A DNA stretch of 63,983 nucleotides, the filler included, from Octopus bimaculoides (Eukaryota), in the NCBI RefSeq assembly GCF_001194135.2. It is 5 parts of 5 records of this genome, joined end to end, with 100 filler letters (N's around TTAATTAATTAA, not from the genome) between each part and the next. Parts side by side here need not be neighbours in the genome. Positions count along the whole stretch, not along the records: positions 1 to 19,849 come from NC_068986.1; 4 more parts are not named here. One strand, given 5' to 3'. The number at the start of each line of letters is the position of its first letter. Positions within the stretch are counted from its first letter, which is position 1. Made by a program: the position numbers and the translations under genes. Below are positions 1-12,873 of this stretch, piece by piece. The notes under the pieces were generated by a model. It was not told the DNA's origin and made no database searches. It worked only from the letters and a program-made list of their open reading frames with translations.

Positions 1-1134
1 ATATATATATATATATATATAGTTATCGCCAAGCCAACATGGCAGTCCCAAATGGAACAAAAACGCAATAGAGGACAATAAAACTTTCGGATAGATAGAC
101 ATACACACACCTAGATCAGTTGTTGGATAAGGATCCGGAGAATACAAACGTAGTGCAGTAGTTTATTTAACATGGTCCAGTGCCCCTTTGTTCTGGAGTT
201 TTCACAGTGTGCAGTTGCTTCTCTACAACCAGTTGCATAACGTGGAAACCTCAGAGTAACAGGCAACTAGATCAGCTTAAACACACGAGCGCACCCCCTA
301 CACCTATGTATTTTGCGAGGGTGTCATTCGACCAACAAACTCGTACACACTGGTGCTAAATAACTGAGTTGTCAAACTCTTTCGTTACATGCATAATATG
401 CTTCTAGCCTTTTGAATCAGTTCTCAGAAGACGTTACTGAGTACACAGACGTGACCATCACACATACAATTTATATATATCTGGGAAGGATTGTCCAATC
501 TATTCTTCGTTATATAAGATGGTAAAATGCGATTTGAGGGACGTTTAATTGCTCTTTTAGCAGGCGGCTTTTGCATCCGCTTTGTGTTTCCTTCATCATC
601 TCTTAAATTATCGATGGGTGGAAGAGTTAAACGAGCATTTTTTCCATCAAAATTTGCTCATCTAATTTATATGATAGTTAAAAGCGATATTTTAACGAAC
701 CTTTTCAAAACATCGACCATTACTATTTGAGACTCACAACTCACTTTCCACACAAGTATTATTGCAAACGGATTATAGAATCACGTACGCATTCTTATAA
801 CGGCCATGATAGCAACATTACAGTATTGTTACAGAACAAAGCACAAAACCGTATGCATTCATCATATCTATTCATTTAGATGGCACAAAGTTCATGCGTT
901 TTTTAAATTATTAAAATAGATGTTTGATAAAAATGTAAACAAATGCAGATTAAAACACAATAATATATGAATAATTTATTCCTCTAGTATGTGGGTGGAA
1001 TAGTTTTTCTATAGAAGTTAGAGCATCTCTGTTTACTATTTTAACTTTCTACTAAAACAAACTTTTCAGCACAGCTTCGAAGATGATGAATACATAATAC
1101 AGATATACTTTTTTGTATTGACACACACATACAT

Positions 1135-1157
1135 GTCTGTCTGTCTGTCTGTCTGCC

Positions 1158-1218
<61 letters not shown>

Positions 1219-1234
1219 ACCTGTCTGTCTGTCT

Positions 1235-1305
<71 letters not shown>

Positions 1306-1355
1306 TGTCTGTCTCCTTGTTTGTCTGTCTGTGTCTGTTTGCTTGTCTGTCTCTC
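1135..1355. repeat. (CTGT)n/(GT)n microsatellite
   Basis: Directly visible; explains the spurious ORFs at 1066-1529. Confidence 0.95.
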
Positions 1356-1407
1356 TGTTCACGTAGGCATAACTGGGTGTTTAGAATTTGGCTTGTCAAC
1401 CACATAG

Positions 1408-1510
1408 CTTTGGGTTCAATGACACTGCATGTCTTCTACTATGGTCCTGGACCGACCAAGCTTTGTGAGTGGATTTGGTTGACGGAAAGTGAAAGAAGAC
1501 CGTTATATAT
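1408..1510 (+). mobile_element. Internal fragment of CORE-like tRNA-derived SINE
   Basis: gtcttctactatgg...tgtgagtggatttggttgacggaaa matches the copies at 14950 and 25786. Confidence 0.7.
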
Positions 1511-1511
1511 G

Positions 1512-2632
1512 TACAGGTGCGATGAATAAATTGTCTAAATTACGCAAAAATGACATAACACTGACATCTCATTTTAACAGATATATTTACCAAAATTACT
1601 TTAAAATATCTTGGAATACTTAAGAGTAAACTTGTTCACTAAAATCGCCTTTGGCTTCAACCACGGCTTCCACGCGACGTCGGAATCTTCTGCAACTCTT
1701 CTGGACTGTCTCCTTATTTAAGTTGGTGAGTGCTGCAATAATTCCTGCCTCCAGTTCATCTTTGGTGTTACAAGGAGTTTTGTTGGTCTCTCGCTCAACT
1801 GCACCCCACAAATAATAAAGGGGTGTTGCAGTCTGGGGAGTTAGGTGGCCAGATGTTAGGGGTATTGTGGTCGCAGAAATTGTCTGACAGCCATGACTGG
1901 GTTCTCCTGCTTGTGTGGCATGATGCAGAGTCCTGTTGCCAGACATAGAGTCTTCTAGCAATCACCCTCTAGACCCAGGGCAGCACTACCTCCTCCAGGC
2001 ATTTTATGTAGGCCTCCATGTTGAGTCTCAGGCTGTGTGGGAACATGAATGGAGAAAAACCAAAGCATGTTCGGTTGGAAGGGATGCTTGAGTTTGTTCA
2101 ACAGCTTCGTAGCGCGATTTTTCCTTTTGTCTTTGATGGCTTGGGATAAAAATTAGACCCTTCTCATCTTGTATGAAGAATACCGAATGTCTTTATGCAC
2201 TACCTGCCATGTCCCTGGCAATGGACCTGATTGACTTGGAGGGATCGTTGTCAATCATGGCCTGGATCTCACCAACAAATTCAGGAGTTTTTTTTCTTAG
2301 AACGATCAGAGTAAGTTTTCCGAGCTGCCGTACCTCCGTAATTACCATTAGACTCATCCATCTCTTTCCGAATCCTCTGCACTGTCCTCAGATTGACACC
2401 CAAACACTCTAAAATGTTCGTATAGGAGCTTCTGGTCCGAATGCCAAGCAATACAGCATGTCGATTCCAAATTTCTGGCAGAGTGAATTGCGTCATGGTG
2501 CTGTTTTTCTCACAGACGGTGCCCAACTAACCCTAATCTACTGTGTAGTCAACAAAATCAAAAACAAACAATACGCATGCGTGAAATTAAAAATATTAAA
2601 TGGTGATAATTTACCCATCGCACCCAGTTTAT
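1512..2632 (-). mobile_element. Tc1/mariner-superfamily transposon remnant, maT (DD37D)-like, internally deleted
   Basis: Imperfect TIRs (tacaggtgcgatgaataaat at 1512; atttacccatcgcacccagt at 2609). The minus strand encodes an HTH-like N-terminus (LGVNLRTVQRIRK) and WQQDSASCH...WPPNSPDCN...YLWGAVERE...RRVEAVVEAKGDF across frameshifts. Confidence 0.85.
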
Positions 2633-2636
2633 ATAA

Positions 2637-2667
<31 letters not shown>

Positions 2668-2974
2668 TATATGTATGCATGTATGTATGCATGCATGCAT
2701 GCATGTATGGTTGCGCTGCTTGCACGGATTCCGGTGATTCTGTCTGCACCCCTACGGATGCATTGCAGTTACTCTCTTGATAGGGCTTAGTGACCATGAC
2801 CGTCGATCTTCAGCGTCAATGTAAGAAGCAATGTAAGCGCTCAGTTGAGCTCGTCCGCTGTTTTTTCACCATGTTGCTGTCCCGTGACTTCGCTGTATCC
2901 CTGGCAGGGGGGCCAAAGGGCAACCCATAGCTATGCAGGGTGCAGTCGTCACTCAATGAGGTTTTTCAAAATCA

Positions 2975-3026
2975 CACAGACACACACAGACACAGACACA
3001 CACAGACACAGACACACACAGACACT

Positions 3027-3069
<43 letters not shown>

Positions 3070-3118
3070 ACACAGACACACAGACACACACACACACAGA
3101 CAGACAGACAGACAGACA

Positions 3119-3161
<43 letters not shown>

Positions 3162-3180
3162 GCACATACACACATACGCA
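2975..3180. repeat. (CA)n/(CAGA)n microsatellite
   Basis: Directly visible. Confidence 0.95.
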
Positions 3181-3539
3181 CGCGGCGCGAATTACAGACA
3201 GATACTCACACACGCATCTACACAAATATACATTCACGCACGGACGTAAAATTTTTTTCGTGTCGGTTAAACTCAAGAACCTCATTCTTCAAAACTGACA
3301 GATGCCTGCATGAATGAGCGTTTTCTTGTCAATCATCGCATGCTATATTTATGTATATATCTATGTGTGTCTTTGTGTTTGTATGTGGCGCCCCTGTGAC
3401 TTAGCATTTCGGTCTAAGAGACTGACAGAATACGTACAATGCTTAAAAATATGTATTGGGTGGGGTGATTCGTTCGACTAAACCCCAGCATGACCACAAT
3501 CAAATGATTGAAAGATGTACAAGCTATAAGATAAATAAG

Positions 3540-3575
<36 letters not shown>

Positions 3576-3889
3576 AACAAATACTCAAACACATGTACGC
3601 GCGCACGCATACACACACACATACACACACAAACCCCCACACGCATACACGTACAGACGAACGTGCCTACACAAATACATGCTGACGCATGTACGTACTT
3701 ACATGTAGTTTTACTTTTTTCCCTGTCGGTTGAACCCAAGAACCCCCATCTTCAAGACTTTCAGAAAACTGTCAGATGCATGCATGAATGATTGTGTCCT
3801 CTGCAATCATCGCAGGCTGCGTTTATAGTTTACAACACGTGACACTACCAATTTACCATATGATGGAACGTACTTATATTCTTGTTATG

Positions 3890-5500
3890 AATAATAATAA
3901 TAATAATAATAATAATCCTTTCTACTGAATGTACAAGGCTTGAAACTTTGGGGAAAGGGACTGGCCGATTACATCGACCCCAATGTTTAACTGGTACTTA
4001 ATTTATCGACACTGAAATTGCAGAAGAATTCATTGCTGGGCAGTTTAGTTTAATGGTAAAACACTTGACGCGTAATCACAGAGATGTGAGTTCGAGTCTC
4101 ATGGTTGGCCAGTAGCGTATTTTTCTGCAATATATGGATAATTTATCCTGATCACGCTATTTATAGCATTATCACGCGTTTAAGAAATAAATTTATTTCT
4201 GTTTCTTACATTACATCTCAACGCTTCTAAAAACAAACTTTGTTTGTTTACGTTCACCGTAAAGTTGAATTTAATAATATTAATAATAATAATAATAATA
4301 ATAATAATTCTTGCTACTATAGGTACAATGCCTGAAATTTTGGGGGAGGAGGTAAGTCGATCACATCGCAACTAGTACTTGATTAGTACTTAATTTATCG
4401 ACCCCAAACAGATGAAAGGAATAATAATAATAATAATAATAATAATCCTTTCTACTATAGGCACTAGGCCTGAAATTTTTGGGGATGGGCTAGTCGATTA
4501 CACCGACCCTAGTAATCAACTGGTACTTATATCATTGACCCCGAGAGGATGAAAGGCAAAGGTCGACCTCGGTGGAATTTTGAACTTAGAACGTGAAGAG
4601 GGATGAAATACTGCTAAGCATCCGCGGCTAGGTGGTGTGTTAGCGATTCTGTCAAATGATAACAATCTTTTCTACTATAGATACAAGGCCTGAAATTTGG
4701 GGGATGTAATCGACTGTAGCGCGTTTACTGGTACTTGTTTCATCGACCCCAAAATTATGAAAGGCAAAGTAGACCACGGCGGAATATTAGTTCAGAACGT
4801 AAAACCGGAGCGTTTTGTCCGGCGTGGTATCGATTCTGCCAGCTCAACACCTTTTTATGATAAGTTTCAAATTATGGGATAAGGCCTGTGATTTTAGAGG
4901 GAGAAGAATAGTTGATTACATCAACCCCAGTACTTCATTGGTACCTTATTTTATCGACTCTGAAAGCATGAAAGGCAAAGTTAGACCTCGGCAGTATTTG
5001 AACTCAGAATGTAACGTGTTGGAACAAATAATCACCAGAGCTTCTTTTCCGATGCTCCAACGATTCTGCCAATCCGGTGCCATAAATAATTGTTTCTAAT
5101 TTAGGACACGGTTTGAGGCGGTGAACTAGCAGAATCGTTAGCATGCCAGGTGAAATAATTAGCAGCATTTCGTCCGTCTTTACATTCTGAGTTCAAATTT
5201 CGCCGAGGTCGACTGTGCCTTTCATCTTTCCGGGGTCGATAAAATGAGTACCAGTTAAGCACTGGGGTCGATGTAATAGACTTATACCCTCTCCCTAAAT
5301 TGCTGGCCTTGTGACAAAATTTGAAACCAATCTAGGACACGGTCAGCAATTTTAGAGGAAGGGCTTAGTCAGTACTATCAACCCCAGTATTTGACTCCTA
5401 CTTTATTTTATCGTCTCCCAAAGAATGGAAGGCGAAGTTAATTTCAGCGTGAATTGAACTCAGACCATAAAGATCGGAAACAATTCCTGCAAGATATTTT
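3890..5500. mobile_element. Cluster of about 7 fragments of the most abundant SINE, in both orientations, with (AAT)n tails
   Basis: Repeated motifs atcgacccc, gatgaaaggcaaagtcgac, gaactcagaacgta and aataatcctttctacta; minus copies near 3910, 4310, 4445, 4670, 4870 and 5335, plus copy at 5115-5330. Confidence 0.9.
4038..4308 (+). mobile_element. tRNA-Thr(CGT)-derived SINE, copy 1
   Basis: Cloverleaf-like head at 4038-4111 (D stem GTTT/AAAC, T arm GTGAG-TTCGAGT-CTCAT, CGT at the anticodon, but G33 and anticodon-stem mismatches). The roughly 160-bp body is shared with 39313-39572 and ends in an (AAT)n tail. Confidence 0.8.
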
Positions 5501-6638
5501 GTCCGATGTACAAACAGATCACATTAATAATCGTATGATGACTAAAATTTTAGAATGGGAATTAAAGATTAAAGGTTGATATATTCAGAAGCACTCGAAA
5601 GTATATATGACGTAATTCGCATTACTTCATCTCATCAATAAGAATAACAAAAATACTAACAATAACAACAACGACGACGACAACAGCAGCAGCAGTGGCA
5701 GCAGCAACCAGCAGGAGTAGTAAAAAAGTAGCAACAACAGCAACATTATTATTTATATATCACATATAATATACACTCCTAAAGATAAATCACATATGGA
5801 GAGAAATGTTAAAATAAATATGGACGAAATATATTCATATGGGTTTAGCTTATGCAAATATACGCAAAAATAACAAAAAATTTTCTGCAGAGCGGTTGTG
5901 TGTTGTTTTAGCGTCAAGAAGAAAGTTACAATTAGCAAGGGGTTATTTGCAGGCTCCTTCTGCATGTTAGATAGCACTCGTAAAAACAGAAAAAATACCC
6001 CAGTGTACGCCATGAACCATATACATACAATTAAAAGATCTGAAGTTACTGGAGACTGAAATGATTAACTTCTAGGAATGGGTTGGATAATTTTGACGGA
6101 TAAGTAGAAAGTATAAACTGAAATTAGGCAACCAATACATACATACATACATACATACATACATACATGCATGCATACATATTGTAAAACTTTCCAGAGG
6201 TTTATCATGTAAGTATATACGCGCATGTCTATATGCATAATAGAACAGACATAAAACAACACATACAAATCTACACATGTACTGACTCAAAATACCGCAT
6301 GTATACACATCTACATGCAAAAATACCCTGTTGATGTTGAGGAAATTCAAATGAAGGAACCGTGTTAGAAACCGGCTCATTCTCTATTGGCAAGAAATCT
6401 TGAAATAAAACTGACTACATACATGCATACATACATACATACATACATACATACATACATACATACATACGTACATGCATACATATTTGTTTCATTATAC
6501 ATTATTCATTATACATAGTACAGCTATCCATCCATTCATCCATACATGCACATACAAACACGCACACAGACATGTATACACATATATCTGTGTGTCCATG
6601 TATCCCGTATGCATGACTGTATGTACGTATGTAAATTT

Positions 6639-6692
<54 letters not shown>

Positions 6693-7245
6693 GCCTACCT
6701 GTCTGTCTGTCTGACTGTCTATCTATCTATTTACGCAGACACACATCCAGACATATATGTATGTATATGTATGTATGTATCTATGTACGTATAACCTAAT
6801 ATAATTCTAACTGCAAAGTATATGCTTTTGAGAATTTGTGAATGCCTCAACCTTTAATTCACATTCTAAAATTGCATGCATTTTACAATTAGCTATGGAA
6901 GTTTTGTGAATAACAAATTATAAACTCAACACAGATACAGTAAATAGGAAATGAACTATAAGACTAATATGAAGTAAACGACTGAAAAATTTATTATCCA
7001 GCTATGATGATTTTAGCAATTACATAATCATTCTCATTCTTTCTGCTATAAACGCGTGGCAACAAAGCTCCACGATAAAAGGATTTATGAAAATTTATGA
7101 AGATTTACACACACACGCGCGCTCACACACACTTGCACACTCATGTATGTGTGCGCACGTATATTTGTGTGTATACGTTTATGCATGTGTGTATGTATGT
7201 ATGTATGTACGTATGTATATATATATATATATATANNNNNNNNNN

Positions 7246-7286
<41 letters not shown>

Positions 7287-7440
7287 TATCAACAAATATA
7301 TACATTTATATCATTATATAGTCGTATGTGTACACATGCATACATTCATACATACATGCATTGATGCAAACGCATATATATACATATATGCACTCTTTCA
7401 TACATACGCATATATATACATATATATGGGAGAATATACA

Positions 7441-7600
7441 AATAATAACAACAGACGAGGACAGGTGGTGTAAATAACAAAAGTATATATTAGTATGACG
7501 CTCGGGAATACGGAAAGTCTTTGACGTTTCGAGCTACGCTCTTCAACAGAAAGAATACGGAGACAAGGAGAAAAACACGGAGAAAAAAAATTGAATAGTG
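7441..7600 (-). mobile_element. Short HHR-bearing dispersed repeat, family A, copy 1
   Basis: Reverse complement aligns with 46400-46543 (ctgttgaagagc...gctcgaaac...aaagacttt...ttcccgagcg...acaccacctgtc). Confidence 0.8.
7518..7554 (-). ncRNA. Minimal type I hammerhead-like motif with U at core position 6 (family A)
   Basis: TCTTT-CTGTTGA-A-GAGC(GTA)GCTC-GAAA-CGTC-AAAGA: 5-bp stem I, 4-bp stem II, palindromic ACGT helix III, GUC triplet; core A6 is U. Confidence 0.6.
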
Positions 7601-7729
7601 TTCAGTCAACGGTCAATCATAATAATGGATACACTCTTTCATAGACACGTACACATGTTTATAAGTATAGTATTTCTAAAACACAAAACTATCCGTCACC
7701 GATAACAACACAAATACAAAAGCGAAAGA

Positions 7730-8420
7730 ACTAGTTTCGTACTATAATAATGAATAATAATGAGCGCTCGGAAGTCGCTATTATACTACGTCGATTCCTG
7801 CTGGGTAAACTAGGACTGTAACTTTCTGTTCGGCAGCTTTGATAAAGATGCAATAGACGAATTGGAGGTAGTTTATTCTTGACATCCTTCAAAGTACACA
7901 AATTCGGATTGTACAGAGATGACGATTTAGTTATCTCATACAACATGAATTGTTGCACCATGGTCAAATTTAGGAAGGACTTTGAAGAAATCTTCAAGTA
8001 GTTTGATTCAAGCTTGAAAACTAGAACCAATTTAATGATAGCTAACTTCTAAGACACAAAGCCAAAGACACTACGTATATACACAACAATCAAACAACCT
8101 CAAGTCACAAATACATGCAGACTTAGCTATATCAGGGCTTTCCCTCACTGTAATGTTCTAGCATGAAGTGGATTTAGTGAGAAACCAGTATAAAAGAACA
8201 TACCCGTACACTATAGAAGAATCAAGAATAGGACGGTCACCTGATTTAATTCACCATTGGATATGAATGTTGTCACTCATGTACCTAGGTACTTACTATT
8301 CAATATTTTACCAATGCCTGAAAATGGAGCTATGAAGTCTGTCTAATGTTATAATTGATTATAAATGAGCTGTGCGTGTCTTAGGGATAACTTTTTGGTG
8401 GTTTTCTGTTAGCGTAATGT
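7730..8420 (-). mobile_element. Possible decayed Penelope-like fragment
   Basis: ORF 7731-8030 (FKLESNYLKISSKSFLNL...SSLYN) loosely resembles PLE N-termini; weak GIY-YIG C-terminal-like words upstream. Recognised by eye only. Confidence 0.35.
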
Positions 8421-9440
8421 TTTCTCAGAAACTATAACGGCTCCGAATTATACCTAGAATCGAACAGATAGAATTTGATGAAGTTACTCTACTAACTAGT
8501 GTACAATATTGAACATCGACATTTGTAACTAGACAATGGGCAATGTTGTTACATCACGTGTTACTGTGAGGAAGGGTCTTTGGCTACAGCCTTGGGTCAA
8601 CCCAAGTTTTCTAAGTGAACTGGAATAGATAGAAACAATGTAAAAAACCTTTGGGTGGATTTTTGAATATACAATTCACCAAACGGATTTTTACACTGTT
8701 TCACACAATACTTTGGTTTATAAATTTAGTCCATCTCAAGGACCTTGCATGCTTTAGCAGAGTTCAAAAGTAATTATTCAAACTAAGCCTCCACTCTATG
8801 GCTTTCAAGATATTCCCCACCACTGCACCCGCCAGTATCAGAGGCCATGAAAAAGGCCAAAGGCGTGAAGTCTTAAAAAATACTCTTAAATTAACTCCAT
8901 CAGAAAAAAAAAATACATCATCTCACCAAGACAAGTCTCAGCATAAAATTTACTGGGTTTCCCATCCATTGGTATTTTTCTATATATCCGATTTTCCTGC
9001 TGAAAAACAATTACTATGTTATAGACAAACTTTGCTGCTAAGAGACTACTGACTATCCCAAGAATTTCATTTATATCTACCTAATACATCTATCAATCTG
9101 ATTTTCAACGCTTCTATGTTTCTCTCGTTAAGTTTCGCGTCATCTATTTCCTCAGCAGTTCATCATTCTGGAAACTGTTCCTATGTTGACCTCATTCCTT
9201 TCTTCTGATATTTCCACAATATATCACAGTCTAGCAGTGCATGTAGCTCTGTTTGACAAGGTTCAAACAACTTACATGAAATAGATTTTTTCAGGCATGA
9301 CATTAATATCCAAAATGTTCTACTTCTACGCCACACATACAGTTAACAGTTCTGTTCATAAAATTAACTGGAGTTATGTACTCAGTCTGATTTCTCACAT
9401 TAATGCGAGGTCAATGCTTTGTTGGGGAAGGATATTTTTG

Positions 9441-9521
<81 letters not shown>
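9441..9521. repeat. (TAC)n microsatellite
   Basis: Directly visible; source of the poly-Y and poly-S ORFs. Confidence 0.95.
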
Positions 9522-9727
9522 AAAGACAAATACATAACAAAGACTCTACGACGTACAAGTATATATAGCATACAGAAAATAGCACTCCTAAGCACCACAC
9601 ACATTCTATATAAAGCACTTTCAATATATCAAAGATAAGAGCACCACAACAAACCACAGCACATACCCAAGGCATACAGAGTTGTGCTCGGTAGTGCAGT
9701 GAAAGCACGTGATAAAAATAAGACTAT

Positions 9728-9794
<67 letters not shown>

Positions 9795-9802
9795 TAATAA
9801 TA

Positions 9803-10365
9803 ATCCAAGAGCATTATACTGGTAGCGCAAGACCAAATTTTGACCACGAACTGGTGGGTCAACAATAGAAATGAATAAGTGTCTCTGCTGTGCCGCATCT
9901 GCAATAGAGTGGATGATACCATTGTCCATATCACAAACGAATGCCCTAGACTTGCCCCAAGCCAGTACAAGTTGTAGCGACACGGTCAGGTAGCGAAAGT
10001 GCTACATTTGAAACTGCGAAAAGTGGGGGTCTAGAGAGAGACAGGACGTGGTATGAGAACAAACTGCAAGTCAAGAAACTATCAAAATCCACCGGGATTT
10101 CCCAGTCCAAACAGACCAGGTGCTAGAGCATAACAGACTGGTGGTAGACAAGATGCAACACACATGCTATATAGTCGATGTTGCATGCCCCTTTGACGTA
10201 CGAATAATCAAGAAGGAAAGCGAAAGGATAGATACATACAACCCTCTCAAGTACGAAATAGCCCGGCTAAGGAAAATGAAGAAGGTGAAAATTGTGCCAA
10301 CAATTGTTGGGTCCTTGAGAACAGTATCAGAAGGTATTAGAGTTGTCCGAACGCAAAGACGTTAA
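9803..10365 (+). mobile_element. R4/Dong-type non-LTR retrotransposon 3' fragment (CCHC knuckle + REL endonuclease), pseudogenised
   Basis: AQDQILTT...CRICNRVDDTIVHITNECPRL...RHGQVAKVLH...YIVDVACPFD...IVPTIVGSL with stops and frameshifts; (AAT)n at 9731-9803 directly 5'. Confidence 0.85.
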
Positions 10366-10969
10366 CAATTTGACACGAACGATTTACTGAAAGTAGCGTA
10401 GAGAGCGAAAAATAGGACAAAAAAAGAAACATTATAAGTGGTTTACACAGCATAGGAAACAGAACTATTTGAATGACTTTGCCTATGAAAGACAAGGATT
10501 GCGTCAACTATTTGTTTCCGAGAAATTTATCTTTTTTTAATGGCATGTATTCAGTTTCCGTTTGTGAGTGCAATATCTGGAAACATTCGCTAGAATTTCA
10601 GATGATGAATAACCTTTTTTCTCTTTCGAACTCGCAACGTACACAGTTAAAAAGGTATATAATAATGGAAGACAAAACCTGACGTCACAACTGAAGAAAT
10701 TTAATAATGCCTAAACATGCCTAATGTTGTCATTGTATTTATTAAATATTACACTCACTCCTCACTGCATGTCGACATTCAATTTGGATTTTGGAGTTTT
10801 GTCTTCTACACTCCACAACCAGAATTAAATCATTGATATAATGTTTTTTCCTCTCCTCATTACGGGTGTAATTATAGACAGTTAAAAACCTCTGGAAAAA
10901 ATGTTTATAAAAGTTAATTTAATTTAAAGTATTTGGGTTGCTACATAAGTTTACTGGCAACCACTTAGC

Positions 10970-11620
10970 TACAAGACTGCTGCACCTGGACTATTTCCAA
11001 TCAGTGTCGAAGAAACGAAATCTCAATGAAAATTAATTACAGCTACAAGCCAGTTAGTGACTATACGTTGCACAGCGAAAGGAAGTTTAGTAAAGTTAAT
11101 AGCAAACAGAGGAGAACTTCTACATGGTTGCTTAACATGATGGAAATGGCAGTTAAATATCCCTTATAATATCTTAACCTTATCGTCTTGAAAAAGAAAG
11201 AACATGCCTGATATGTGACAGAATGTGTGCACCATCGACCAGAACAAGACATGGAAGCGCGTGCTTGGTTTTTAAGTTGAGAATTAGACAAGGAGACACT
11301 GATATTTTCCAGAAATGCGAAGCTTACGGTCAGAGTTATGGGCGCCGTCGTTAAACCTTTGTCTAACTGTCACCTTTACGTAACAGTAATGAGTTGTGAT
11401 AAGCAGGTAGGTAATCTTGAACAAAACGTGATTGGATGGGGCCTACATGAACTTACCTTGGAGTTATACGCAACTGTGGGATCGAAGAAAAGATCAGTCA
11501 GACTAGGGAAACAGGACAGAAAGCCCAGTTACTCTGCATGTGCTAATAACAACCATTTGAGGGCCTCCTCACCAGAAGAAGAGTAAAAGTAGCTTTGGAA
11601 ACAAAAGGGAACTGGTCATG
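10970..11620 (+). mobile_element. RTE-type LINE RT C-terminal remnant
   Basis: EQDMEARAWFLS*ELDK...RNAKL and LDGAYMNLPWSYTQL resemble RTE thumb and post-RT motifs; heavily decayed. Confidence 0.6.
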
Positions 11621-11779
11621 GCGAGTACTTCTTTGATCATAGGCCTGCTAAATGAACAATGGTCTCAGTTTACACAACAAATATAACAACAACAATACTA
11701 CACCGAATGAACGCACGAAGTAACAACTTTATTAATGAAAACAGGATTAAAATATCCTGTCAACAGTATCTCATATTTA

Positions 11780-12345
11780 ATATAACATCATTGCGTATTG
11801 TGTAGGTGTTAAGCTACTATTGTAAACTTCCATTTCAACTAGCTTTACCGAAGCCACAAAAAATTGCTCACGCTTTGGGAGACGAATTTTTACATCATTT
11901 TCTGTTGATGCGATTGTTGTTCCTTAAGTACACGAAGGAGCCTAAAGATTTTAGAGGGTTTTGTGAAATTGTACTTATTGATCCTTCCTGACCGAAGCAG
12001 ATGTATTTAGATTTTGAGGTGTTGACATAAACCTCAATATCTTCAGTCATTTTCTTAAAGTCTTACAGAAGGGTGGTAGCTTCTGATACGGCACCTGCAC
12101 CAGAGCGATTTCACCAGCATAATCTGCACCTATTATTGTCGCAGTCGGGTTTCGAGGGAGGGGTAATTTTGTCGAAGTGAAGGTGCGAATGCCATAATCG
12201 AAGCAGATGATAAACAGGGACGGTATTAGAGTATCGTCATGCAAGATGTTTACGATTATATATTCTTTCAATAAACACAATAAACACCAACTGAGAAATG
12301 GACTGAAGGTTGTATCATCCAGTTCTTGGAGAAAGGCGTAGGTAG
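11780..12345 (-). mobile_element. RTE-type LINE RT remnant (QGD motif through YLG region)
   Basis: LHDDTLIPSLFIICFDY (QGDTLAPYLF-like), ADYAGEIAL (YADD-like), VNTSKSKYICFGQEG, STENDVKIRL. Confidence 0.8.
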
Positions 12346-12349
12346 ATAC

Positions 12350-12640
12350 AACACAGGAATTACTTTTATAGCGACAACACAAGAATCTACAAGAAACTGC
12401 TGTTGAATCGTATACAGCCAAAAACTTAAGAATGTCTTTTTAAAGAAACGAAAGGTGATCGAAAAAAAATATTAGTCAACTATTAAAGAGATCTTAACAG
12501 AGAATGAGGGAATTAGAGCTAGAAATTTACAGGTAGTCTTCCTGTTTGCAAACATCTCAAAAGCTTTCGATTTTGTACACCAAGGCAAAATACAAAAGCA
12601 AAAGTTCGATTCCCAGATGGAAACTTTTCCGAAATCAATA
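12350..12640 (+). mobile_element. RTE-type LINE RT remnant (upstream RT motifs), inverted relative to 11780-12345
   Basis: IYKKLLLNRIQPK and EGIRARNLQVVFLFANISKAFDFVHQGK (DFSKAFD motif). Confidence 0.8.
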
Positions 12641-12873
12641 TATANNNNNNNNNNNNNNNNNNNNNNNNNNNNNNNNNNNNNNNNNNNNNNNNNNNNNNNN
12701 NNNNNNNNNNNNNNNNNNNNNNNNNNNNNNNNNNNNNNNNNNNNNNNNNNNNNNNNTATATATGATTTCCTCACTTTCCCAAGCGTCAAACTAATACACC
12801 TGCTTGTTGTTCATACACCTGTCTTCGTCTTTTGCTTTTCTGTAAATTTCAGCTATATATATATATATATTTA

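Noticed and set aside
460-657. Stop-free minus frame ANFDGKNARLTLPPIDNL...
   Set aside because: About 63 codons, no start or matching acceptor, no recognisable motif; expected occasionally by chance.
4038-4111. Functional tRNA-Thr gene (also 39489-39562)
   Set aside because: G33, broken anticodon stem, and a shared 160-bp body with AAT tail indicate a SINE head.
6325-6385. CTGTTGA...GAAACCGG as a family A-like hammerhead
   Set aside because: No stem II closes before GAAA and no stem I.
9125-9160. CTGAGGA...GAAAC on minus as a hammerhead
   Set aside because: No stem II or stem I pairing.
8700-9300. Possible minus-strand LINE pre-RT remnant
   Set aside because: One weak motif (PDGVQ-like); too decayed to call.
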